From: an uncultured Verrucomicrobiae bacterium | GTDB taxonomy: Bacteria > Verrucomicrobiota > Verrucomicrobiia > Limisphaerales > UBA8199 | Direction of reading: 5' to 3' | Assembly (NCBI GenBank): GCA_963809845.1 | Contig: CAWELO010000014.1 | Location: 221,307 to 285,306 of the forward strand | DNA length: 64,000 nt | Part shown: piece by piece, positions 38,081 through 46,534 of the stretch | Layout: the number at the start of each line of letters is the position of its first letter | Position numbering within the stretch: position 1 is the stretch's first letter | Notes under the pieces: model-generated | Told to the model about the DNA's origin: nothing | What the model saw: the letters and a program-made list of their open reading frames with translations, nothing else | Database searches by the model: none | Made by a program: the position numbers and the translations under genes

Positions 38081-38265
38081 GGGATGCGGCGGGGTTGGGG
38101 GGGCCGAACACGCGGCTCGAATCGAAAGCGGGAGCAAGCTTCCCGCACTCCAAACGCTTCGCGCGGAAGGGGTGCGGTTTAGGATGCGCGGGGTTGGTGG
38201 GGTTTTTGAAGGCGCGGCTCGATTCGAAAGCGGGAGCAAGCTTCCCGCACTCCAAACGCTTTGCG
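38081..38265. repeat. ~100-bp tandem repeat, 2 copies
   Basis: CGCGGCTCGAWTCGAAAGCGGGAGCAAGCTTCCCGCACTCCAAACGCTT is present twice, each time preceded by the G-rich RGGATGCG..GGGGTTGG. Confidence 0.85.
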
Positions 38266-38291
38266 GAGTCCGGCCGCGTGGTCATGTTGAG

Positions 38292-39707
38292 CTACAACGT
38301 CCACCCGGGGCGGTAGGCGTATTGGAGGTACTCGTTGGCTTTTGCGTTGTTGCGGAATTTGAGATTTTCGCTGTCCCAAAACACTTTCTCGCCGCCGGCC
38401 CGGATGCAGACGCTGCCCAACAGCACCGCTTCGGTCAATGCTCCGGAGAATTTGGCAAAGTCGGAGCGCGTTGCGGACCCCGTCTTGCAGGCCAGGATCC
38501 ATTCCATTTTGTGGCGCAAGTCCTCCGAGGCATCGGGGCCGACCAAGGTATTGCGGGGCAGGGTGGGGGCAGGACGTTTGTAGGCGCGATTTCGGCTCTC
38601 GGGAATGAGCATGGGGTTTCGGCCGCCCCAGCCCGTCACCAGGATTTTTCCGCGGTCGCCGACAAATAGAATGCCGTCCTCGCGATCGAGCTGCCGCTCA
38701 TCCTCATCGAGTTCTTCAGGGCGCGGGGGCATCATCCCTCCGTCATACCAGTGGAGTTTGACGGGCGGCATGTCTCCGCGGGCGGGAAACTGGTAATGAA
38801 CCACGCAGGCTGCGGTAACGCTATCGGGATAGACCGCGGTGGAGCTGCCTTCGAGGCTCTCGGGCGCTCCGAGCTTCAGCGCGGAAAAAACCGGCGCGAC
38901 GTTATGAATGCCCATGTCGCCGATGCCGCCGCTGCCAAAATCCCACCACCCGCGCCAAACGAACGGGGCATAGGCGTGGTTATAGGGCCGCAACGGGGCG
39001 GGCCCGAGCCACAGGTCCCAGTGGAGGGTCGGCGGCACGGGCTGCGTATCCTTGGGCGCCTCGATGCCTTGCGCCCACCAGAGCGGCAGCTTGCCGGAAT
39101 GGGTGGGCCGGTCGGACCACACGTGCACGTCGCGCACCGGGCCGATAGCGCCGTCCCAGATCCACTCGTTGATTAGGCGGTTGCCGTCGTAGGCCATTCC
39201 CTGGTTGCCCATCTGGGTCGCGACCTTCGCGTCGCGGGCCACCTTGGCCACCTGGCGGGCTTCGAACACGGTTCGGGTGAGGGGTTTTTCGCAATAGACA
39301 TGTTTTCCGGCGCGCAGGGCGGCGATCGACACGTGGGCGTGATTGTGGTCGGGTGTGCCGACAACGACGGCGTCGATGCCTTTTTCCTTGTCGAGCATTT
39401 CGCGATATTCCGTGTAGAGCCTGGCTTTGGGGTACGCCTGCGCCAGTTGCGGAAAATGGCTCTCTTCGACATCGCAGAGCGCCACAATATTCTGACCCAG
39501 GGTGGCGCAGTCCCGGATGTCCCCGCTGCCTTGGCCGCCCAGGCCGACGCCGGCGATGTTCAGCTTTTCATTGGGAGAGGCGCTTTCCGACGCGCCCAGG
39601 ACAAGGCGTGGCAGCACCATGAACGCGGTGACGGCAGCGGAACTGCCGAGGAAAGCGCGGCGGCTGAAGCCTGGTTTCGAGGGCGGGGTTTGGCTTGGCT
39701 CGTTCAT
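38292..39707 (-). CDS. TAT-exported Gfo/Idh/MocA-family oxidoreductase
   Basis: Leader GFSRRAFLGSSAAVTAF. Rossmann N-terminus LNIAGVGLGGQGSGD. 471 aa. Confidence 0.88.
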   Translation of the reverse strand: MNEPSQTPPSKPGFSRRAFLGSSAAVTAFMVLPRLVLGASESASPNEKLNIAGVGLGGQGSGDIRDCATLGQNIVALCDVEESHFPQLAQAYPKARLYTEYREMLDKEKGIDAVVVGTPDHNHAHVSIAALRAGKHVYCEKPLTRTVFEARQVAKVARDAKVATQMGNQGMAYDGNRLINEWIWDGAIGPVRDVHVWSDRPTHSGKLPLWWAQGIEAPKDTQPVPPTLHWDLWLGPAPLRPYNHAYAPFVWRGWWDFGSGGIGDMGIHNVAPVFSALKLGAPESLEGSSTAVYPDSVTAACVVHYQFPARGDMPPVKLHWYDGGMMPPRPEELDEDERQLDREDGILFVGDRGKILVTGWGGRNPMLIPESRNRAYKRPAPTLPRNTLVGPDASEDLRHKMEWILACKTGSATRSDFAKFSGALTEAVLLGSVCIRAGGEKVFWDSENLKFRNNAKANEYLQYAYRPGWTL

Positions 39708-40042
39708 AATTGAGAATAGCGGATGAAAGGCGTTGGCACTCTGGAATTAAATGGTACCCGCTTATGACACTGAAGCCCTCGCCAGGTCAAGGCATCTCTT
39801 TCGCCTTTTCCCTTCCCTAAATGAAACGGGACGGCTAAAAGCTCCTGATGCACCTCGATTTGACCGGGCAGCCTTGCACTCCATCAGCCGTCGATATGAA
39901 GCGGGGCAGCGGTTTCGAGACTCAAAACGCAGCTCTGCTCTGCCACGCCGGGATAGCCGGCGTTCGCAGGCTGCTCGTCCCTCTGCCGGGAAATGCCCCG
40001 AGACTCCCGAACCGGGCCTTGGCGCGCGCGCGCACGTATGGC

Positions 40043-40984
40043 GTGAGCTTCCGCTGGCCCCTGTTCATATTGTGGGGTGCGCTTGCATTAAGCCCAGTGA
40101 CCCATGCGGCGTCAACCGAGTCCTGGGCCGGGCGGTGGGACCTCACGATTCAAGACTCGACCCACCGGCAGCTTCCCTCCTGGCTTGAACTCACGCGGGA
40201 AGGCAGTGATTGGAAAGCGCGGTTCGTGGGGCGCTGGGGAAACGCTCGGCCGTTGCCCAAGGTTGTCGTGAGCGGAGACCAGATTCAGTTTGTCTCTCCC
40301 AAAGAAGCGGAAGACAGCCGTAACGACTTGGTCTTTGACGGCACCCTGAGCGCCGGATCCCTGAAAGGTGCCGCGGAGGGGCCGAACGGCACACCCTGGA
40401 TCTGGACAGGCAAACGCGCGCCCGCGCTTGAGCCTCCGGCCCGCGTCGAATGGCAGGCGCCGATCATCTTGTTTAACGGGCGGGATTTCACGGGATGGCG
40501 CTTTGATAATCCCGAGAAGGCGTCCAGTTGGGTGGTGGAGGGCGGACGCCTGGTCAACCAGGCTGCCGGATCGAATATCGCCACGCGGGAAACGTTTCAG
40601 GATTTTAAGTTGCACCTGGAAGTCAACTGTCCCACCAACGCCAACAGCGGCATTTACCTGCGCGGCCGCTACGAGGTGCAGGTCGAGGATGATTCACTTC
40701 AAGAGCCGCCCAGCCATCACATGGGAGCGGTCTATGGTTTCCTGGCGCCGGCGCCGGAACAGCCCCGGCGCCCCGGTGTCTGGCAAACCTTCGATATCAC
40801 CTTGGTCGGACGGGTTGTGACTATTATCCAAAATGGTCACACCATTATTGATCACCAGGAGATTCCGGGCATCACCGGCGGCGCCTTCGACAGCCACGAG
40901 GAGTTGCCAGGCCCCATTTACTTGCAGGGCGACCACGGCGGCATCGCTTACCGGAACATCGTGCTGACGCCAGCCCTGCCTTGA
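40043..40984 (+). CDS. DUF1080 (3-keto-disaccharide hydrolase family) protein
   Basis: LFNGRDFTGWRF...NSGIYLRGRYEVQV...IYLQGDHGGIAYRNIVL. The ORF opens at 39848. GTG 40043 gives the signal peptide SFRWPLFILWGALALSPVTHA. Confidence 0.8.
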   Translation: MSFRWPLFILWGALALSPVTHAASTESWAGRWDLTIQDSTHRQLPSWLELTREGSDWKARFVGRWGNARPLPKVVVSGDQIQFVSPKEAEDSRNDLVFDGTLSAGSLKGAAEGPNGTPWIWTGKRAPALEPPARVEWQAPIILFNGRDFTGWRFDNPEKASSWVVEGGRLVNQAAGSNIATRETFQDFKLHLEVNCPTNANSGIYLRGRYEVQVEDDSLQEPPSHHMGAVYGFLAPAPEQPRRPGVWQTFDITLVGRVVTIIQNGHTIIDHQEIPGITGGAFDSHEELPGPIYLQGDHGGIAYRNIVLTPALP

Positions 40985-41100
40985 GCGAACGCGCGCGTGT
41001 GGGGGAGCAACGGCGAAACTGCAATGACACCCCGGAACACGCGGCTGGTACGGCAAAACCGGACTTGCCTGCAACCTGTTTCCAGACTCAAGGAATCGAG

Positions 41101-41835
41101 TCAGTTCAGATACTTCACCTTCAGGTTGCGGAACTCAATCCGGTAGCCTTCGGCTTCCAATCCCACGAAGCCCTGGGCCAGGCCGCAGTCAGCGAACTCG
41201 CAGGTGACAGCCCCGTTTACCCACAGGGTTAACTTCTTTCCGCGCGCGGTGACTTCGAGGGTGTTCCACTCGCCGGCCGGTTGGACACGCAGGTCTTTGA
41301 CCTCGTTCTTCAGCGAGAAGAATTTCTTCTTCCCCTCGCCGGTCAAGGTTTCGCCAAAGAGGTAGCCATCCTTAGCGTCGCCGAACTGGGCCTGGTGCCA
41401 AATGGCGCCATCCTTTGAGTTGCGAACATAGGCCCCGCTGTTGTAGCCGGTCTTGCCCTCGATCTTTGTGTAGCGGCACTCGAAGTGGAAAATCGCATCG
41501 CCAATCTCGCGGTTGAAGAGCAGCATGTCGTGGCCGCCGTCGCCGTCGCAAATCAGGATTTTTCCGCTCGCATCGACATGCCATTGCTGGCGGCCGAGTT
41601 TGCCCGTGGGGGGCACCGGCACGCGATACCATCCCTGCAAATCGGCGGGCGGCAGAATATCCACCCAGTTCTGCGGATCACCGGCCAGCGCGCTGGGCGT
41701 TTCCGGAAATCCGGCTCCGCATACCCGGAGGGTGCATAACAGGGCCAGCGCCAGGGGCAGGACGCGGGCCACCAGGCTGCAGGTGGCCGGCACGTGGTTC
41801 AGTCGAGGAGTTAAAATGGGCAAATCGCTTGTCAT
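41101..41835 (-). CDS. DUF1080 (3-keto-disaccharide hydrolase family) protein
   Basis: Signal peptide, then NSGAYVRNSKDG...GLEAEGYRIEFRNLKVKYL. 244 aa. Confidence 0.85.
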   Translation of the reverse strand: MTSDLPILTPRLNHVPATCSLVARVLPLALALLCTLRVCGAGFPETPSALAGDPQNWVDILPPADLQGWYRVPVPPTGKLGRQQWHVDASGKILICDGDGGHDMLLFNREIGDAIFHFECRYTKIEGKTGYNSGAYVRNSKDGAIWHQAQFGDAKDGYLFGETLTGEGKKKFFSLKNEVKDLRVQPAGEWNTLEVTARGKKLTLWVNGAVTCEFADCGLAQGFVGLEAEGYRIEFRNLKVKYLN

Positions 41836-42037
41836 GAGACGGGCAGCTTATCTGAAGCCGGGGCGCGCCGAAAGTACCCGAGTGCTTCACGCCATCCAGC
41901 AGAACGGGAGGTGTACGCACCCGGGCGAGCCCGCACGCCGGCTGCGTGCACGATTCCTGCTACCTGTTTCTCCGCGCGACTGGATCAGGCCGGAACCGCT
42001 TTTCTAGCAGCATTAGTTCGCCACAATTTGGGACAAT

Positions 42038-45000
42038 ATGAGCTTAGGTCCGTTGCTCCATGGATGGAATCCGACAGCCGGTGTCTCACGTCGGGACAGC
42101 CGGTGCGCTCGGGGTGTGCACCCGGGCAGGCGGCTCGGGATGCTCGCGAACGTGGCGGTGACTTTGTGCTCGGCGCTCCTGGCGGCATCGCAGCTTGGGG
42201 CCGCCGAACCGCGGGCAACTTCCAAGCCGGGCGAGTTGAAAAGCTTCGCAGAGTTTTACGCACTGACTCCCGCTCAGGCGAGCCAGGGCTGGCATGCGCG
42301 GATTCAAGGGGTGGTGCTCTGCTTCAACCGGGCGTGGAACCAATTTTATATTCACGATGGCCAGGAGACGGTTTGGATTGCTCCGGCCCAAATCCAAGGG
42401 AACTTCGAGGCTGGGGACGGGATTGAATTCACTGCGACCACACGGCTTAAGGGTGGCGCTCCGGCCTGGACAAATCTGAACGCCACCCGCCTCGGACACC
42501 GCGCGTTGCCTGTCCCGCGACGCCTCCGGCTCGCACAATTCACCGAGGCGTTTGGCCAATGGGTGGAGACCGAGGGCGTGGTGCGGGTGGCGGAGACGAG
42601 CCAAGGGCCGCTTTGCCTGGTCATTCACGACGAAGGCCGGAATGCCCTGGCTTATGTCTTTGGTCCAAGCGGGCAGGCGGACGCCGCCCGGCTGGCCGGC
42701 TGCCGAATCCGTGTGCGGGGCATTAACTCGAGCAAAATCGAAGCGGGCCGCTTGCGGTCGGCTGGACTCTACGTCCCTGACCTCGCCGCGATTGAGACGA
42801 TTTCCGAGCCCGCCCGGAGTCCGCGGGAGGCGCCGGTGGTGGCTATCGATAGCCTGCTCAGCCGCGAGTTGGGGGATTGGACCAACCGGCAGGTGCACCT
42901 CAATGGCGTGGTGGTGGCTTACCAGCCGGGAGATTCTCTGGTGGTGAAGGATGCGACCGGAGGCATTCGCGCGCGGATCGTTCAGGTAGATCCCGTCGGT
43001 CCCGGGGCACGGGTGGACCTGTGGGGGTTCCTGGGCTTCGAGAGTTCAGGAGCAACCTTGGAGGACGCTTGCTTTTCGCTCGATACCCCAGCCAGGGGCG
43101 CCGAGGGCGCCCCGCCTCGGCGCGATCCGGTTTCGAGCTCGGGAACCGCTCGGGTTCTGACACAGATTTCTGAAATCCGCAAGCTCACCACCGCAGAGGC
43201 GGACCGTCAAATCCCCGTGAGATTTCAGGGCGTGGTGACCGCTGTGGATCTCGAGTGGCACAGCGCCTTTCTTCAGGATGCCACCGGGGCGGTGTTCTTC
43301 GACCCCGGACCAACCGATGTCCGGCCCGGGCAATGGGTCGAGCTTTCCGGGCTAACGGCAAGCGGAGACCGTCCGCCGTACGTGATCGATTCGGAGATCC
43401 GCGTTTGTTACCTAACCAACTTTCCCGCGGCCGTTCCGGTGAACCTGCAGGTGCTGGCGGCGGGACAACTGGACGCCTCGTGGGTCGAGATGAGCGGTGT
43501 CGTGCGGCGAGTGACGCGGGCCTGGGGGCGATTGTATCTGGAATTGGCCGTCCCCGGAGGGCAGGTGAGGGCGATCCTCCCGTTTCCGGAAGGCTCCCGC
43601 ACTCCAGACCAGCTTGTGGACGCCCGAGTAAGCCTGCAGGGGGCTTGCGCTTCGGATTTTAATGCGCGGCGACAGCTTAGCGGAATCACCCTCCGGGTGC
43701 CGGCCCTTCGGTTCGTGACCGTTTTGGACCCGGCGTCGGCGGATCCCTTTTCCGCCAGTCCCACCCCGATTCGCGCCGTAGGCACCTTCCAATCGGATTC
43801 ACTCGCCGGGCGCCGAGTCAAGGTCGGCGGCGCGGTGTCATTGGTCGTCCCCGGCGAGGGGTTCTATTTGCAGGACGGCTCCGGTGGAATCCGTGTGCTG
43901 ACGGCGCAAACCAACGCGCTGGGCGCGGGGGACGCGGTGGAGGTCCTCGGGTTTCCCACCTTGGGCGATTTTAGCCCCTGCCTCTCGGAGGCGAGTTATC
44001 GCCGCATCGGTGACGGGCAGCTACCCAGCCCCCGGGAAACCACCGCGGAGCAAATCCTTGGCACCGGCGAAGCGGACGGGCTCGAAATCCAAATCCAGGC
44101 GGAGTTGCTTCAGCCCGTGTCCCGCTCAGCCCGGACGAAACTCATCCTGCAGAGCGGCCCTGTGGTTTTCAGCGCTTCGTTGGCGCGGCCGGGCAGTTCT
44201 CCGGCGTTGAGCCGTCTGCGACCGGGCAGCTTGCTGCGGTTGACGGGTATTTGCGCGATTCAGGCCGGCGAACAGCACGAGCCCGCCTCCTTCCGGCTGA
44301 TACTCGACGGTCAGAAGGGCGTTCTCCTGCTCAAGGCGCCGTCACCTTGGACCCTGAGCCAGACGCTCATCCTGGCAGGGGTGCTGGGTTTTCTTGTTCT
44401 GCTTGCGGGCGTGTGGGCGGTGACCCTGCGCCGGCAGGTGCGCCGGCAAACGGCCATCGTGCAAAAGGAAAAGCAGCTCCTGTCCACCCTGATCGATCAC
44501 CTGCCCGATAACGTGTTCGTCAAAGATCCCGAGGGGCGCTTCGTTTTGTCCAATCGTGCCCACGCGCGATTTCACGGGGTCAAATCGGGCAGGGATCTGC
44601 TGGAAAAGCGGACCGCGGAGATCTGCCGGCCGGAGTTGGCGCGCGCTTACTCGGAGGTGGATGGGAAAATCCTGCGCGGAGAGCTTGAATCCTTCGAAGG
44701 GGAAGAACCGGCGGTGAACGCGCTGGGGGAAGCGCGCTGCCTGGCCACGATCAAAGTGCCGTTGAAAGATGATGCGGGCCAAATTGCCGGGCTGGTGGGC
44801 ATCAGCCGCGATGTGACGGAACGCAAGCGAGCCGAAGAGGCCTTGAAGGAATCCGAGCGCTTCACCCGTTCCCTGGTCGAGCACCTTCCCCAGAACATTC
44901 TGCAGAAGGATTTGGCGGGCCATTTCACCTTTGTGAACGACTTTTTCTGCCGCACGGTGAACCGGGCGATGGACCAGATTCTCGGCAAGACCGATTACGA

Positions 45001-46522
45001 CCTTTACCCACCGGAGCTGGCCAAGAAGTTCCGCCAGGACGATGCGGAAGTCCTTTCGCAAGGGAAGTTGCTGCGCGTCGTGGAAGAAAATCGCAACCCC
45101 GCGGGTGAAAAAACGTATGTCGAGGTGATCAAGTCCCCGGTCCTGGGACCGGACAGCCGGCCCGTTGGCCTGCAGGTGATCTTTTGGGATGTCACACCCC
45201 GGAAGCAGGCGGAAGCCCAATTGGCGTACGAGCGCGATCTGCTGAAGGCCCTGCTGGATAATTATCCGGATGCGATCTACTTCAAGGATCGGGAATCCCG
45301 CTTCGTGCGCGTCAGCAAATCCAAGCTCGAGCGGTCTTTGGCCATGGCCCGCGGCCGGTACGCCGGCGCGCACCCGGATTTCCAAGGGAGCTGGCCTCCT
45401 TTTCTGCAGGATCTGAACCTGTTCGCCGCGTACCTGCCGGGCAGAACGGATTTCGATTTCTTCGACCAGCCGCGGGCCCAATCGGCCTTCGAGGATGAGC
45501 AGCAAATCATTCACTCCGGCCAGCCGCTGGTCGGCAAGATCGAAAAGGCCATTCTGCCCGATGGCAAACCCTACTGGTCCCTCAGCACTAAAATGCCCTG
45601 GCGGGATGCGGACGGGCGGATCATCGGGACCTTCGGCATTTCCAAGGACATCACCTCGATCAAGGAGGCAGAAGAAACCGTGGCCGCCGTCCACAACCAA
45701 TTGGTCGAGACCTCGCGGCAAGCGGGCATGGCCGAGGTGGCCACCCGCGTGCTCCACAACGTCGGCAACGTGCTGAACAGCGTCAATGTGTCCGCCACGC
45801 TGATTGCGGAGAAAGTCGCGCACTCGAAGGGTTCCGGGCTGGCCAAAGTGGTGGCGTTGTTCCATGAGCAGGGCTCGGACCTCGGGCGGTTTCTGACCGA
45901 CGACCCGCGGGGGCGCCAGGTTCCGCTCTACCTCGAACAGCTCAGCGAGCGCCTGGGGCGCGAGCGGCAATTCCTCTCGAGGGAAATTGAGGCGCTGATT
46001 AAAAACGTGGATCATATCAAGCACATCGTTGCCATGCAGCAAAGCTATGGCAAGGTCGCCGGGATTACCGAGACGGTCCGGCCCGCCGATCTGATCGAAG
46101 AGGCCTTGAAGCTCAATGCGGGCTGCTTTACCGAGCGCCGAATCCAAATCCAGCGTGATTTTGAGCCGAGCCGGCTGCCGGAGATTACGGTCGAGAAGCA
46201 CAAGGTGCTGCAGATCCTGGTGAACCTGCTGCGCAACGCCGGGTTTGCCTGTGAGGAGTCTGGACGCGCGGACAAGCGGATTGCGGTCCAGGCGAGCAAC
46301 GGCGAGGGCCGGCTGCTCCTCTCCGTTTCTGACAACGGGGTAGGCATTGCCCCGGGAAACCTGGCGAAGATTTTCAACCTGGGCTTTACCACCCGCAGGG
46401 AGGGCCACGGCTTTGGCTTGCACAGCGGCGCCCTGGCGGCCAAGGAACTGGGCGGCGCACTCCGGGTACACAGCGACGGCCCGGGCCAGGGAGCGACCTT
46501 TACGCTGGAATTGCCAATTTAA
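42038..46522 (+). CDS. sensor histidine kinase with ~715-aa repetitive periplasmic region, 3 PAS domains and a kinase core
   Basis: Two TM segments flank a repetitive ectodomain. PAS-like segments (LIDHLPDNVFVKD, LVEHLPQNILQKD, LLDNYPDAIYFKD). H-box VLHNVGNVLNSV, N-box LVNLLRNA, G-boxes DNGVGI and GHGFGL. An alternative ATG is at 42140. Confidence 0.9.
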   Translation: MSLGPLLHGWNPTAGVSRRDSRCARGVHPGRRLGMLANVAVTLCSALLAASQLGAAEPRATSKPGELKSFAEFYALTPAQASQGWHARIQGVVLCFNRAWNQFYIHDGQETVWIAPAQIQGNFEAGDGIEFTATTRLKGGAPAWTNLNATRLGHRALPVPRRLRLAQFTEAFGQWVETEGVVRVAETSQGPLCLVIHDEGRNALAYVFGPSGQADAARLAGCRIRVRGINSSKIEAGRLRSAGLYVPDLAAIETISEPARSPREAPVVAIDSLLSRELGDWTNRQVHLNGVVVAYQPGDSLVVKDATGGIRARIVQVDPVGPGARVDLWGFLGFESSGATLEDACFSLDTPARGAEGAPPRRDPVSSSGTARVLTQISEIRKLTTAEADRQIPVRFQGVVTAVDLEWHSAFLQDATGAVFFDPGPTDVRPGQWVELSGLTASGDRPPYVIDSEIRVCYLTNFPAAVPVNLQVLAAGQLDASWVEMSGVVRRVTRAWGRLYLELAVPGGQVRAILPFPEGSRTPDQLVDARVSLQGACASDFNARRQLSGITLRVPALRFVTVLDPASADPFSASPTPIRAVGTFQSDSLAGRRVKVGGAVSLVVPGEGFYLQDGSGGIRVLTAQTNALGAGDAVEVLGFPTLGDFSPCLSEASYRRIGDGQLPSPRETTAEQILGTGEADGLEIQIQAELLQPVSRSARTKLILQSGPVVFSASLARPGSSPALSRLRPGSLLRLTGICAIQAGEQHEPASFRLILDGQKGVLLLKAPSPWTLSQTLILAGVLGFLVLLAGVWAVTLRRQVRRQTAIVQKEKQLLSTLIDHLPDNVFVKDPEGRFVLSNRAHARFHGVKSGRDLLEKRTAEICRPELARAYSEVDGKILRGELESFEGEEPAVNALGEARCLATIKVPLKDDAGQIAGLVGISRDVTERKRAEEALKESERFTRSLVEHLPQNILQKDLAGHFTFVNDFFCRTVNRAMDQILGKTDYDLYPPELAKKFRQDDAEVLSQGKLLRVVEENRNPAGEKTYVEVIKSPVLGPDSRPVGLQVIFWDVTPRKQAEAQLAYERDLLKALLDNYPDAIYFKDRESRFVRVSKSKLERSLAMARGRYAGAHPDFQGSWPPFLQDLNLFAAYLPGRTDFDFFDQPRAQSAFEDEQQIIHSGQPLVGKIEKAILPDGKPYWSLSTKMPWRDADGRIIGTFGISKDITSIKEAEETVAAVHNQLVETSRQAGMAEVATRVLHNVGNVLNSVNVSATLIAEKVAHSKGSGLAKVVALFHEQGSDLGRFLTDDPRGRQVPLYLEQLSERLGRERQFLSREIEALIKNVDHIKHIVAMQQSYGKVAGITETVRPADLIEEALKLNAGCFTERRIQIQRDFEPSRLPEITVEKHKVLQILVNLLRNAGFACEESGRADKRIAVQASNGEGRLLLSVSDNGVGIAPGNLAKIFNLGFTTRREGHGFGLHSGALAAKELGGALRVHSDGPGQGATFTLELPI

Positions 46523-46534
46523 CTCGAGGACATT

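Noticed and set aside
39734-39750. Sigma-54 type promoter (TGGCAC) upstream of the DUF1080 gene
   Set aside because: The -12 element is missing: AATTA sits where TTGC is expected.
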